Positions 8,329 to 17,265 of a DNA stretch of 64,000 nt are shown here, piece after piece. Position 1 is the first letter of the stretch, and each line of letters begins with the position of its first letter. This DNA comes from an uncultured Eubacteriales bacterium (GTDB lineage: Bacteria > Bacillota > Clostridia > Christensenellales > UMGS416): NCBI GenBank assembly GCA_900542005.1, contig UQLW01000010.1, positions 6,179 through 70,178 on the forward strand. The letters are read 5' to 3'. A program made the translations under genes and the position numbers. Below the pieces are notes generated by a model. The model was not told where the DNA came from and ran no database searches. It saw only the letters and a list, made by a program, of their open reading frames with translations.

Positions 8329-10380
8329 ATGAGCGAGCAATGGTATTCACGCAGCTTCCGCCGGAACCTGGTGGACATGCACATCGATGATTGGAACCCT
8401 GAATTCCTGGCGCAGTTTGACCCAAAGGCGTATTTTGAATGCCTCAAGGCAGCCCATATCCAGACGCCCATGATCTATATCCATTCCCATGTGGGCCTGT
8501 GCAATTGGGACAGTGCGACCGGCCGCGTCCACCGGGCCTTTGCCGGGCGCAATAAGGTGCGCGAGCTCTTTGACCTGTGCCACGGCGCCGGCATGTCGGT
8601 GGTGGCCTATTACAGCCTCATTTATAACAACTGGGCCTATGACGCCCATCCGGATTGGCGGATGCTGGACAGCCGGGGCCTGGGCTCCCGGGAGGCCGGG
8701 GCGGATCATGGCTTTATGACCGGCAGCCGCTATGGCCTGGTATGCCCCAATAACGAGGATTACCGGGCCTTTGTCAAGGCGCAGTTTGCCGAGCTTTGCC
8801 GGGAATACGAGTTTGAGGGCATCTTCCTGGACATGACCTTCTGGCCCCAGGTGTGCTACTGCGACAGCTGCCGGGCCCGCTTTGCCCGGGAGGAGGGCCT
8901 GGAGATCCCCGGCGAGGTGGATTGGGGAAACCCCGCCTGGCGGCGCTTTCAGCAGGCGCGGCAGCGGTGGATGGGCGAGTTTGCCGCCTACTGCACCGAG
9001 GAGCTCAAGCGGCTGCGGCCCCGGGCAACGGTGGAGCATCAGTTTTCTACCATCTGCCATGATTGGCGCTATGGCGTGGACGAAAAGGTCAACCTGGCCA
9101 ATGACTATACCGGAGGCGACCTGTACGGCGGCTTCCTGCAGCAGAGCTATATCTCCAAAATATTTATGGAGGCCACGGAGAACGCGCCCTTTGAATATAT
9201 GACCTCCCGGTGCGACCCCCGGCTTACCGTGCATACCACCACCAAATCCCTCTATGACCTGAAGCTGCACAACTACCTGACCCTGGCCCATCACGGCGCT
9301 TTCCTTGTCATTGACGCGATCGACCCGGTGGGGACCCTGGATCCGCAGCTGTACAGCCGGGTGGGGCAGGTCTTTGAGGAGTCCATGCCCTATGAGCCCT
9401 ATCTCAAGGGGGACATGGTGTCCGAGGCCGCGCTGGTCATGAGCTATGACAGCAAATACAACCCGGACGCGCCGTCCGCGCCCGACGGGCGCGCCGATAC
9501 CAGCCACCCCCAGCTGGAGGCCCAGCTGGGCGCGGCCCGGGCGCTGAAGGATATGCGGGTACTCTACACCGTGCTGCCCGGTAACCGGATGGAGCGGCTC
9601 GCGGGCAAGTCGCTGGCCATGGTGACCGACGCGCCCGCGCTGCGGCCGGAGCAGATCGACGCCCTGGAGCGGTATGTGCGCGGCGGCGGCAGCCTCTATA
9701 TCTCCGGGGCCACCGACCCTGAGCTGGCGCGGCGCCTGCTGGGCCTGGAATACCAGGGCATGACCCGGGAGCGGGTCACCTACGCCGCCCCCACGGCGCT
9801 GGGCGAGGGCTGCTTTGCCCCTGAGTATTCGGCAAAATATCCGATCAACTATGAAGGGCGGCAGATGCTGGTATCCAATCCGCAGAACCACCCGGTGCTG
9901 GCCCGGGTTGCGCTGCCCTATACTGACCCGGCCGACGCCGGGCGCTTTGCCTCCATCCATTCCAACCCGCCCGGCCCGGAAACCGATTATCCGGCGGCTG
10001 TCCTGGGGCAGGTAGGGGAGGGTAAGGTGCTGTGGCTTTCCTTCTGCCCGGAAAAGGCCCAGGCCGCCGCGCCCCGGCAGGTGACCCGGAACCTGATCGG
10101 CCTGCTGCATAGGCCGTCGCTGGTGGCGACCGACGCCCATCCCTGCCTGGAGCTGACGCTCTTTGATGACGGGGAGGGCTATCTCCTTCACGCGGTCAAC
10201 GTGCAGGAGGAACCGGCCCTGCCCCTGCCCGCCTACCGGCTGACCCTTTCCCTGCCCCGGCCGGTGAAGGAGGCCAGGCTTGCGCCCTCGGGCGAGATGG
10301 TGCCCGTAGAGGTGGCCCCGGGCAAGATCACGCTTCAAATGCCGGCCCCCGGTATGTTTACCACGGTCAGGCTGGCGTAA
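8329..10380 (+). CDS. Putative glycoside hydrolase (GHL6 / GH42-like TIM barrel with a Cys cluster)
   Basis: The N-terminal region (WYSRSFRRNLVDMHIDDW...VCPNNEDYRAFV...FLDMTFWPQVCYCDSCRARF) resembles the hypothetical glycosyl hydrolase 6 and beta-galactosidase trimerisation families. The ATG at 8329 follows an AAAGGAGG RBS. Confidence 0.6.
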   Translation: MSEQWYSRSFRRNLVDMHIDDWNPEFLAQFDPKAYFECLKAAHIQTPMIYIHSHVGLCNWDSATGRVHRAFAGRNKVRELFDLCHGAGMSVVAYYSLIYNNWAYDAHPDWRMLDSRGLGSREAGADHGFMTGSRYGLVCPNNEDYRAFVKAQFAELCREYEFEGIFLDMTFWPQVCYCDSCRARFAREEGLEIPGEVDWGNPAWRRFQQARQRWMGEFAAYCTEELKRLRPRATVEHQFSTICHDWRYGVDEKVNLANDYTGGDLYGGFLQQSYISKIFMEATENAPFEYMTSRCDPRLTVHTTTKSLYDLKLHNYLTLAHHGAFLVIDAIDPVGTLDPQLYSRVGQVFEESMPYEPYLKGDMVSEAALVMSYDSKYNPDAPSAPDGRADTSHPQLEAQLGAARALKDMRVLYTVLPGNRMERLAGKSLAMVTDAPALRPEQIDALERYVRGGGSLYISGATDPELARRLLGLEYQGMTRERVTYAAPTALGEGCFAPEYSAKYPINYEGRQMLVSNPQNHPVLARVALPYTDPADAGRFASIHSNPPGPETDYPAAVLGQVGEGKVLWLSFCPEKAQAAAPRQVTRNLIGLLHRPSLVATDAHPCLELTLFDDGEGYLLHAVNVQEEPALPLPAYRLTLSLPRPVKEARLAPSGEMVPVEVAPGKITLQMPAPGMFTTVRLA

Positions 10381-10402
10381 CAGGTAACGATTTGAGTGGG
10401 AT

Positions 10403-10432
10403 GAAGCCCCGGCTCTATGGAGCCGGGGCTTC
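10403..10432 (+). terminator. Rho-independent terminator candidate
   Basis: A 13-bp stem (gaagccccggctc pairs with gagccggggcttc) lies 23 nt after the stop codon. Confidence 0.55.
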
Positions 10433-10613
10433 AAGCTTTGAAGGCGCCGGACAGCCTGCCGCGCGGTATATGCATGAAGGTAGGCCCGGCTGTAGATAGG
10501 GGTACAGCAAAAAAAGAGCGCCGGTGGGAATCGGGCTCTTTTTTTTATGCTTCTCCGGCCCTGAATGAGGGGGAGTGGGCCTTAGGGCCGGGCGCCCTGC
10601 GCCGGGGGAGGCG

Positions 10614-11489
10614 CTAGACGCTGCTGGTGGCACCACCTCCTTGCACAACCGATAGGGGCTGCTGGGCGCGGTGCGCGTTTTTGGGCACCAGCACCAGGAT
10701 CTCCATATTATCCCCGGCATCCCGTAGGAAATACTGGACCGGCAGGCCGGCCGTGACCATTTGGTTTACCGAGGTTTTGATGGCGTTATTGAGCAGGCGC
10801 CAGTCGCCATAGGCCCGGCGCACACGCCCGGAGGCGGGCTCATCAGCTTCCTCCAGGGGCATAAGCTCCTGCAGGATCCGCTCCACCAGCGTATCGGTCG
10901 CGCGGACGTTAAGCCCTTCGGAGGCAATGCGCTGGGCGATCTGCAGCTGCATTGCGGCGTTGGGCAGGCGCAGCAGGGCCCGAGCGTGGCGCTCGGAGAG
11001 CCCGCAGCGGATGACGATTTCCCGCACCGGCTGGGGCAGGCGCAGCAGCCGCAGCTTGTTGGCGATGGTGGATTGCTGCTTGCCCAGCCGTTCGGCTACC
11101 TGCTCCTGGGTCAGGCCGTGCACGCGGATGAGCGAGGCAAAGCCTTCGGCCTCCTCGAAGAAATGCAGCCCCTCCCGCTGCAGGTTTTCCACCATGCATA
11201 GCAGGGCCGCCTGATGCTCGTCCACCGAAAGCACCACGGCCCGGATGGTGGCCTGGCCGATGAGCCGGCAGGCGCGCAGCCGGCGCTCCCCGGCAATGAG
11301 CTGATACCGCCCGCCAGGCAGGGCCCTGACGCTGATGGGCTGCAGCAGGCCGTGCTGGCGGATGGATAGCGCCAGCTCCTGCAGCGCCTGGGAGGAGAAG
11401 GTCCTCCGCGCCTGATAGGGGGAGGGCTGGATGCTGGCGATGGATAGCTCCTGTATTTCCTTGGAGCAGGGCGTGGTGCATTTTCTCAT
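10614..11489 (-). CDS. ParB/Spo0J-family protein, Noc-like
   Basis: The ParB box reads LLQPISVRALPGGRYQLIAGERRLRA, followed by an HTH region and a Noc-like C-terminal region (DWRLLNNAIKTSVNQMVTAGL...ILVLVPK). An AAGGAG RBS is present. No parA gene is adjacent. Confidence 0.8.
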   Translation of the reverse strand: MRKCTTPCSKEIQELSIASIQPSPYQARRTFSSQALQELALSIRQHGLLQPISVRALPGGRYQLIAGERRLRACRLIGQATIRAVVLSVDEHQAALLCMVENLQREGLHFFEEAEGFASLIRVHGLTQEQVAERLGKQQSTIANKLRLLRLPQPVREIVIRCGLSERHARALLRLPNAAMQLQIAQRIASEGLNVRATDTLVERILQELMPLEEADEPASGRVRRAYGDWRLLNNAIKTSVNQMVTAGLPVQYFLRDAGDNMEILVLVPKNAHRAQQPLSVVQGGGATSSV

Positions 11490-11963
11490 GGATGTCGAGT
11501 CTCCTTTGCGTCTTTGGGGAAATGGTTTCTATGGTAAACGCGCGCCATGGCTGCGGGGCTTCTGTTGCCGCCCGGCTTGGGAGAGAGCCGGGCGGCGGAT
11601 GCAAGGATAGAGGAGAATGAACGCACGGCTCCTATGCCGTTCGCACCGTTCACGGTGGATGTAATTCGTCCTTTGTCCCCGGAATCCTGCCGCTGGCCCC
11701 GGGGTTTCGTGCGACAAAAAAGCCGGAAAGAATGGGGAAAATTGCAAAAAGCTGGCGGCAATTGGGGAACGGGACGCCGATTCGGCAGGGGAACAGAAAA
11801 AGCGACGGCTGATGCTGTCGCAATAAAGGGAAAGGTTTTTATCATCTTTTTTGCCCGTCATGCATAATGGCCCAGGGAGACAGGAAGGACCTTTATGACG
11901 GCAGGGCTTGACGGCGGGAGCCGGATGGCATACCATGGGCATAACAGGATAAGGAGGAGAAGG

Positions 11964-12812
11964 ATGAAACGGCGTGTGCTGATCGGCTGCGGCGTAGTCG
12001 CGGTGATCCTGGCGCTGGGAGCGGTGGCGCTGTTCAGCGGCCAGGAGGCGGTCCGGCGGGACAAGGCGCAGGCGCAGCTGGAGGGAATGCTGGACTTTGC
12101 CTATGGCCCGCTGACCTATATGGGCGAGGTCTTTTCCGGGGATGCGGTCTCAGGCCATGATTACATTATCTTTGAGGACGACTATTATACCTACCAGCTG
12201 GATGCGGGCAGCGGAGCGCTCAAGAGCATGATTGCCCGCCACCTGCCCCAGGGAGAACCGGTCACGCGGGCGCAGCTTAAGCAGCTGATCGCCCAGGCTC
12301 AGCCAGCGCTGGAGGAGGGGGCTGAGATGCATCTGGTGGATGGCAGCGGCCGGCGCCTTTCAGGCGATCCCCTGCCGGGCGACTATTTCGTCCTGTGCAA
12401 GGAGCCGGTCGAAGGCAATGTGCGTACCGGCAAGGAGGCGTTGGCCCTGATCCAGGACGGGCAGATCCGGTATCTGATTACCGTACAGTCCGACTATGAT
12501 CCGCCCATGGGCGCGGCCTCCACAAGCCGCGGCGACGCAATCCGCGCCAGCTATAGCCGGGCGAGGGAGCTAAGCGGCGCCGGGCAGCGGCAGCGCCCGC
12601 GCACGGACAGCCCCTATTGGGATACGGAGCAGGAGGCGGAGCCTATCCGCATGGATCAGGAGGAGGCCCATACGATCAGCTGCGCGCTGGCTGTCTACCG
12701 CAACGCGCCTTATTGGCGGGTGACCATCGGCCATGTGCCCGTGGGGGAGGGGTATACCGAATATACCTTCGGCGTGGATATGTTTACCGGCAACCTGCTG
12801 GAGGATTCGTAA
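11964..12812 (+). CDS. Hypothetical membrane-anchored protein
   Basis: The ATG at 11964 follows taaggaggagaagg. The product has an N-terminal TM helix (VLIGCGVVAVILALGAVALF). I recognise no family. Confidence 0.5.
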   Translation: MKRRVLIGCGVVAVILALGAVALFSGQEAVRRDKAQAQLEGMLDFAYGPLTYMGEVFSGDAVSGHDYIIFEDDYYTYQLDAGSGALKSMIARHLPQGEPVTRAQLKQLIAQAQPALEEGAEMHLVDGSGRRLSGDPLPGDYFVLCKEPVEGNVRTGKEALALIQDGQIRYLITVQSDYDPPMGAASTSRGDAIRASYSRARELSGAGQRQRPRTDSPYWDTEQEAEPIRMDQEEAHTISCALAVYRNAPYWRVTIGHVPVGEGYTEYTFGVDMFTGNLLEDS

Positions 12813-12869
12813 TGCGGAGCCCTCCGGCGGAGGGCGTCCAGCGATATCAATTTGCGGGAGGATAGCCTC

Positions 12870-13424
12870 ATGGAACACAAAGGGACGGTGCGTTTAGAAT
12901 CAAAGCGGTTGGTCCTACGCCCTTTTTTGATCGAAGATGCTGACGCGATGTTCCATCATTGGGCTTCGGATGATGAAGTGACAAGGTTCTTAACCTGGCC
13001 GTCGCATAAGGATAAATCGGTGACGGCAAAGGTGCTGTCCGATTGGATCGAACGATATGCCGATCATGCCTATTATCAGTGGGCGATTGTATGGAAAGAG
13101 GGGCCGAGCGGGCCGATCGGCTCCATTAGCGTTGTCAAGCAGATCGATGACAAGATAAAATCCGCGGAAATCGGATACTGTATCGGTAAGGCCTGGTGGC
13201 ATTTGGGGATTACTTCCGAGGCGCTGAAGACGGTGATGGATTTTTTGTTTGACCAGGTCGGCGTGAACAAAATCGCGGCCAGGCATGATACCCGGAATCC
13301 GAATTCGGGGCTGGTTATGCAAAAATGCGGCTTGCGGCTGGAGGGAACGCTCAGGCAGTGCGATTGGAATAATCAGGGCGTATGCGATGCAAGCTACTAT
13401 GGATTGTTGGCCAGTGAACGCTGA
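12870..13424 (+). CDS. GNAT-family N-acetyltransferase (RimJ/RimL-like)
   Basis: The translation begins LESKRLVLRPF...D and contains SISVV...IGYCIGKAWWHLGITSEAL, typical of the Acetyltransf_3 type. Confidence 0.85.
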   Translation: MEHKGTVRLESKRLVLRPFLIEDADAMFHHWASDDEVTRFLTWPSHKDKSVTAKVLSDWIERYADHAYYQWAIVWKEGPSGPIGSISVVKQIDDKIKSAEIGYCIGKAWWHLGITSEALKTVMDFLFDQVGVNKIAARHDTRNPNSGLVMQKCGLRLEGTLRQCDWNNQGVCDASYYGLLASER

Positions 13425-13446
13425 AGGCATACGGATCCGATCATCC

Positions 13447-13489
13447 AAAACCCTCCCGTCCGATGGAAAAACCGGACGGGAGGTTTTTG
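13447..13489 (+). terminator. Rho-independent terminator
   Basis: The stem aaaccctcccgtccg pairs with cggacgggaggttt and is followed by a T-run. Confidence 0.65.
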
Positions 13490-13808
13490 TCATGATACAT
13501 CCCTGGCCCAGGGGAGGCGTTTGCCAGCCATCCGATAAGCGGCCCTCTGCTGCTTTGGCTGCCGGCGCCCGCATGGCCCGAAAGGCCGGTAGGCGTTTTT
13601 TGTGAAGCGGCATCATGGCTGTGAAGCTCATCATAGGCAGGCGCACCGGCCGGCCGTTTTTCCCCATCAGCCTGGGCCTGCGTATCAAAGGGGCTGGCCT
13701 TTTCCCGCTTCCCCGGTCGTGGGACGGTGATATAGCGCCATGCTTTTGGCCGGACGCCCCCTTTATCCATCGCCCCTTTGAAGGGTGAAATCTGGATTAC
13801 CCCCAGTG

Positions 13809-14426
13809 TCAGCGCTGCACCAGGCATCCCGCCGGGCCGGGAGGGGCCAGCAGGTCGGCTACCCCGCAGAGCACCATCAGCACGCCCTGCACCCTGTGGG
13901 GGATTACCCGGTAGCGCCCGCGGGGGGCGGACGGCTCCTCCTGCACCAGATCAGCGGCCAGCAGCGCCTTGAGGTGGTGGTAGGCCTGGCCGGTCGTGCC
14001 AAAGCCGCAGTCCTCCACCAGCTGGGCGACCGAGCGGCTGCCTCTCAGCATGGCGGTCAGCATGGCAAGCTCCGGGCCGCCCAGGGCCCGCATCATGCGG
14101 TGGGCCACCGGGTCGCCGGCAAGCTGCAGCAGCCCATCGGCGGAGACGGATTCCCTGGACCAGGTGGATTGGTTTTCCCCATTGGTAAAGACGCCGGCAT
14201 AGGCGATCCGTCCGCAATCGCCGCCTTCGCCGCATTCCGTCTCCAGCCGGCGCTGCACCTGGTTCAGCGCTTTGTCCTGGGAGAGGCCCGGCGTCCGGTA
14301 TACCTTGCCGGCGGGTTCCCCCATGGGGGATGGCACCGCAGAAGCGGCCCCCTCGCCCAGCTGGCGCCGGAGCGCCTGAAGCTCCCGCCGTATCTCGTCC
14401 AGCTCTGCGCCATAGTTGCGTTCCAT
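13809..14426 (-). CDS. Winged-HTH (ArsR-like) transcriptional regulator with coiled-coil N-terminus
   Basis: The C-terminal half (LAMLTAMLRGSRSVAQLVEDCGFGTTGQAYHHLKALLAADLV) resembles the ArsR/SmtB recognition helix region. The ATG at 14426 has a perfect AGGAGG RBS. Confidence 0.6.
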   Translation of the reverse strand: MERNYGAELDEIRRELQALRRQLGEGAASAVPSPMGEPAGKVYRTPGLSQDKALNQVQRRLETECGEGGDCGRIAYAGVFTNGENQSTWSRESVSADGLLQLAGDPVAHRMMRALGGPELAMLTAMLRGSRSVAQLVEDCGFGTTGQAYHHLKALLAADLVQEEPSAPRGRYRVIPHRVQGVLMVLCGVADLLAPPGPAGCLVQR

Positions 14427-14550
14427 CGTCTTTTCCTCCTTTTTCAAGGGTCCCGTGACGGATCCCCCTTTTCCCCTTTAGTTTAGCATGATTATGATAT
14501 TATGTAAATCCGTAAAATAATAATTAACAAAAAACGAAAACCCTCTCGGG

Positions 14551-14579
14551 TTGCAGGAAGGCACAAATTGTGGTAGCAT
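14551..14579 (+). promoter_or_regulatory. Sigma-A-type promoter candidate
   Basis: The elements are TTGCAG, a 17-nt spacer and TAGCAT with an upstream TG (extended -10), about 28 nt before the 14607 start. Confidence 0.4.
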
Positions 14580-14606
14580 ATTCCGTAATGATAGGGGGGA
14601 GTTGCG

Positions 14607-15470
14607 ATGCGGATATTATGGAAGGTCCTCTCGGCTATTTTGGCGCTGCTGCTATGTTGCGGGGCTTTGGGCGGGCTGGTCGCCTGGGTCACGATCCAGT
14701 CGGTGGAGCGGATGATGACCGAGGAAGCCCTTTACCGTATTATGGACGAGGCGGATACGGACGCGATTCTGACCTCGCTGCTTTCCAGCAGCGGGGAGAA
14801 TGTGCTGACGCAGATGGCCAACTCGGAGGCCACGAAGGAGCTCATCGTCAACTATTATGTGGGTTATTGCCACTACCTGATGACTGGCGAGGGCGAATTC
14901 ACCCTCTCTGACGAAGAAAAGAGCGCGCTGGTGGATGCGATCGTCGAGGCGGCCGCCGGCCAGGGCGGCGCCGCCAGCGAATCGCTGGAAAAGGTGCTGC
15001 GGATGCAGATGGAGGCTACGCTGGAAGGCGTGCTGACGCAATACATCCCCTCCTACAGGGAGCTGGATATTGGCCTTAGCCAGTCGGATATCCAGGTCAT
15101 CCGAACGCTGTTCTCCACGACGGTGAAGGCGCTGCTCCTGGGGCTGGTCATAGCCTGTATGCTGCTCATTATGCTGGTGCGCTTCAGCTGGCACGAGTGG
15201 CTGGCCTGGGGCGGCTTTACAGGCCTGGTCGCGGGCGCGGCGCTGGTCAGTGTCAATATGGTGCTGGGCATCGCGGCCCAGAGCTCCCTTTCGGGTAATG
15301 CCATGGCCGATCAGCTGGTCATGGCGGTGCTGCAGGAGCTGGGAGGCGGCTTCACCCGCTATGGGCTGTGGGTGCTCGCTGTCTCCGTGGTGATGGTGGC
15401 GTTGTTCTTTGTGGTGCGCGCCATGCTGCGCCGCCGGACGGCGGGGCAGGGGCTGCATATGGCCGGATAA
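14607..15470 (+). CDS. Hypothetical membrane protein
   Basis: The product has an N-terminal TM helix plus several C-terminal TM helices, and GC3-rich codons. I recognise no family. Confidence 0.55.
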   Translation: MRILWKVLSAILALLLCCGALGGLVAWVTIQSVERMMTEEALYRIMDEADTDAILTSLLSSSGENVLTQMANSEATKELIVNYYVGYCHYLMTGEGEFTLSDEEKSALVDAIVEAAAGQGGAASESLEKVLRMQMEATLEGVLTQYIPSYRELDIGLSQSDIQVIRTLFSTTVKALLLGLVIACMLLIMLVRFSWHEWLAWGGFTGLVAGAALVSVNMVLGIAAQSSLSGNAMADQLVMAVLQELGGGFTRYGLWVLAVSVVMVALFFVVRAMLRRRTAGQGLHMAG

Positions 15471-15515
15471 CGCCGCTTTATAGGGAACAGGATGGGGATT
15501 CATTCCATCGTCTAT

Positions 15516-15555
15516 AAAAAAATGGCTTGGGGCATTGCTCCAAGCCATTTTTTTG
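15516..15555. terminator. Bidirectional rho-independent terminator
   Basis: An A-run, the stem atggcttgg/ccaagccat and a T-run lie between convergent genes. Confidence 0.6.
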
Positions 15556-15565
15556 TAGCCTGATG

Positions 15566-16096
15566 CTATAGCGTTTTGTCCTCAAAGTCCTGAAACAGCA
15601 GGCTGGGTTGAATTCCGGTGTTGTTTTGATACTTTCCGCTGTGGTAGCTTTCATAGTCGCCTAAAAGGGTATGATAATAAATTTGGCAGACCTCAACCCC
15701 CGGATAGATACGGATGGGCTGCACGCAGAAGATTTCCAGCGTCCAGTAACCGGCAAAGCCTACGTCGCCAAAGCCGGCGGTTACATGGATGAAGAGCCCC
15801 AGACGGCCGATAGAGGATCGTCCCTCCAGCATGGGCACCAGGCCCTCGGTACGGGTATATTCCCGAGTACGGCCCAGATAAAGCCGTCCCGGCGTTAAGA
15901 GCAGGCCCTGCTCAGGAATATCCAGCCGGCAGGTGGGATTTGGTCTCTTCATATCTAATGTGTTCTCACGATAGGTCAATAGCTCCGGATACAGCGTTAG
16001 GTTGTAGCTGTTGGGGTTCAGCTGCTTCTCATCGAAGGGATCGATGATGATATCGCCGCCAAGACGGCGCTGGATCTCCTTGCCGGACAGAATCAT
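15566..16096 (-). CDS. dcd: dCTP deaminase
   Basis: The N-terminus MILSGKEIQRRLGGDIIIDPFDEKQLNPNSYNLTL, the later GRSS.GRLGL motif and the 176-aa size all fit dCTP deaminase. Confidence 0.9.
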   Translation of the reverse strand: MILSGKEIQRRLGGDIIIDPFDEKQLNPNSYNLTLYPELLTYRENTLDMKRPNPTCRLDIPEQGLLLTPGRLYLGRTREYTRTEGLVPMLEGRSSIGRLGLFIHVTAGFGDVGFAGYWTLEIFCVQPIRIYPGVEVCQIYYHTLLGDYESYHSGKYQNNTGIQPSLLFQDFEDKTL

Positions 16097-16127
16097 AGGC
16101 GCTCCTTTCAGGCGTTGGGTGAATGCA

Positions 16128-16165
16128 TAAAAAGAGAAACCCCGGCCCTTGCCCGGCCGGGGTTT
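16128..16165 (-). terminator. Rho-independent terminator (minus strand)
   Basis: The stem aaaccccggcc/ggccggggttt is followed by ctcttttt on the minus strand, downstream of the YbjN-like pair. Confidence 0.55.
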
Positions 16166-16221
16166 TATGTGCGAAATTATAGCCCGCCGTACACCCCGGA
16201 GGGAAATGGGAATGGTGCCGC

Positions 16222-16674
16222 CTAGCTTTCCGCCAGGTTAACGGCGGCTTCGGGGGTGAGGTTGCCGTAAATCATGGGCAGCAGGCCCTTGCCGTAGCGA
16301 TCCAGCACCAGGAAGGAGAAATCGACGCACTTCTCCACGTCCGCCAGGTTGGGCAGGGCGTCCTTGGCGATGATGTAGGTACGGTTGCGGATCTCACCGT
16401 CGTTCATGTCCATCTCCAGCGTGCCGACCTTCAGGCCATAGTTGGCGCGGGCGATAAACTCACAGGCAGCCTGGCGCTTCTCCTCCGGCACATTGATGGG
16501 GGCGATGGCGTAGGCGATGATGCTGTCGTCGTTGATCTGCACGACAACCCGGGAGCCGGTAAAGTTTTTCGTGGACATATTCAGGGTAAAAAGGCCGCGG
16601 TCGGCATTGTAGCCAAATTTCCAGTTCTGAGAATTGAGGTAGGTTTCCACCAAGACTGCCAGTTCCTGTCGCAT
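16222..16674 (-). CDS. YbjN-domain protein (copy B)
   Basis: This 150-aa protein has the YbjN-like pattern (N-terminal ..YL..Q.WKF......GLFT; later RANYGLKVGTLEMD). It is a near-duplicate of the upstream gene. Confidence 0.65.
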   Translation of the reverse strand: MRQELAVLVETYLNSQNWKFGYNADRGLFTLNMSTKNFTGSRVVVQINDDSIIAYAIAPINVPEEKRQAACEFIARANYGLKVGTLEMDMNDGEIRNRTYIIAKDALPNLADVEKCVDFSFLVLDRYGKGLLPMIYGNLTPEAAVNLAES

Positions 16675-16758
16675 GTTGTTCTCCTTTCAGCGGTTCAACG
16701 GATGATACGTCCCAAAGGGGCGATGAATATAGGATAATAGGATGAGTGGGTGTAAGCC

Positions 16759-17211
16759 TTATCCCTCTACCAGCTTTACGGCGGCTTCAGGGGTGAGGTT
16801 GCCGTAAATCATGGGCAGCAGGCCCTTGCCGTAATGATCCAGCACCAGGAAGGAGAAATCCACGCACTTCTCCACGTCCGCCAGGTTGGGCAGGGCGTCC
16901 TTGGCGATGATGTAGGTGCGGTTGCGTATCTCGCCGTCGCTCATATCCAGCTCCAGCGTGCCGACCTTCATACCATAGTTGGCCCGGACGATGAATTCGC
17001 TGGCGGCCTGGCGCTTTTCCTCCGGCACGTTGATGGGCGACATGGCATAGGCGATGATGCTGTCGTCGTTGATCTGCACGACAACCCGGACGCCGGTAAA
17101 GTTTTTCGCCGACATGTTGAAGGTAAAGAGGCCCTTCGTCGAATTATAGTTGAATTTCCAGTTCTGAGAATTGAGGTAGGTTTCCACCAAAACTGCCAGT
17201 TCCTGTCGCAT
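16759..17211 (-). CDS. YbjN-domain protein (copy A)
   Basis: The product is 150 aa. The first 20 residues are identical to copy B, and similarity is high throughout. Confidence 0.65.
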   Translation of the reverse strand: MRQELAVLVETYLNSQNWKFNYNSTKGLFTFNMSAKNFTGVRVVVQINDDSIIAYAMSPINVPEEKRQAASEFIVRANYGMKVGTLELDMSDGEIRNRTYIIAKDALPNLADVEKCVDFSFLVLDHYGKGLLPMIYGNLTPEAAVKLVEG

Positions 17212-17265
17212 AGTGATCTCCCTTCCCTTTCAAAATATGGATAAGGCCAGCCCTTGCCGGGCCGG

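Noticed and set aside
8347-10434. This is a 695-aa minus-strand ORF.
   Set aside because: It is a perfect antisense shadow of the GHL6-like hydrolase gene. Its low-complexity Gly/Arg/Pro/His-rich translation has no recognisable motif or RBS.
11490-11963. This is a 470-bp ORF-poor intergenic region that I examined for a riboswitch, sRNA, tmRNA or RNase P.
   Set aside because: I could not recognise any conserved RNA motif by eye. The listed ORFs there (11486-11845, 11529-11942 and 11547-11867) are compositionally implausible. A covariance-model scan is needed.
13490-13808. This is a 320-bp gap between the GNAT terminator and the ArsR-like gene, containing the 128-aa minus ORF 13441-13827.
   Set aside because: The ORF overlaps a strong terminator and the 3' end of the neighbouring gene. 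It has no RBS and a Pro/Gly/Ala-rich translation, so it is probably non-coding or decayed.
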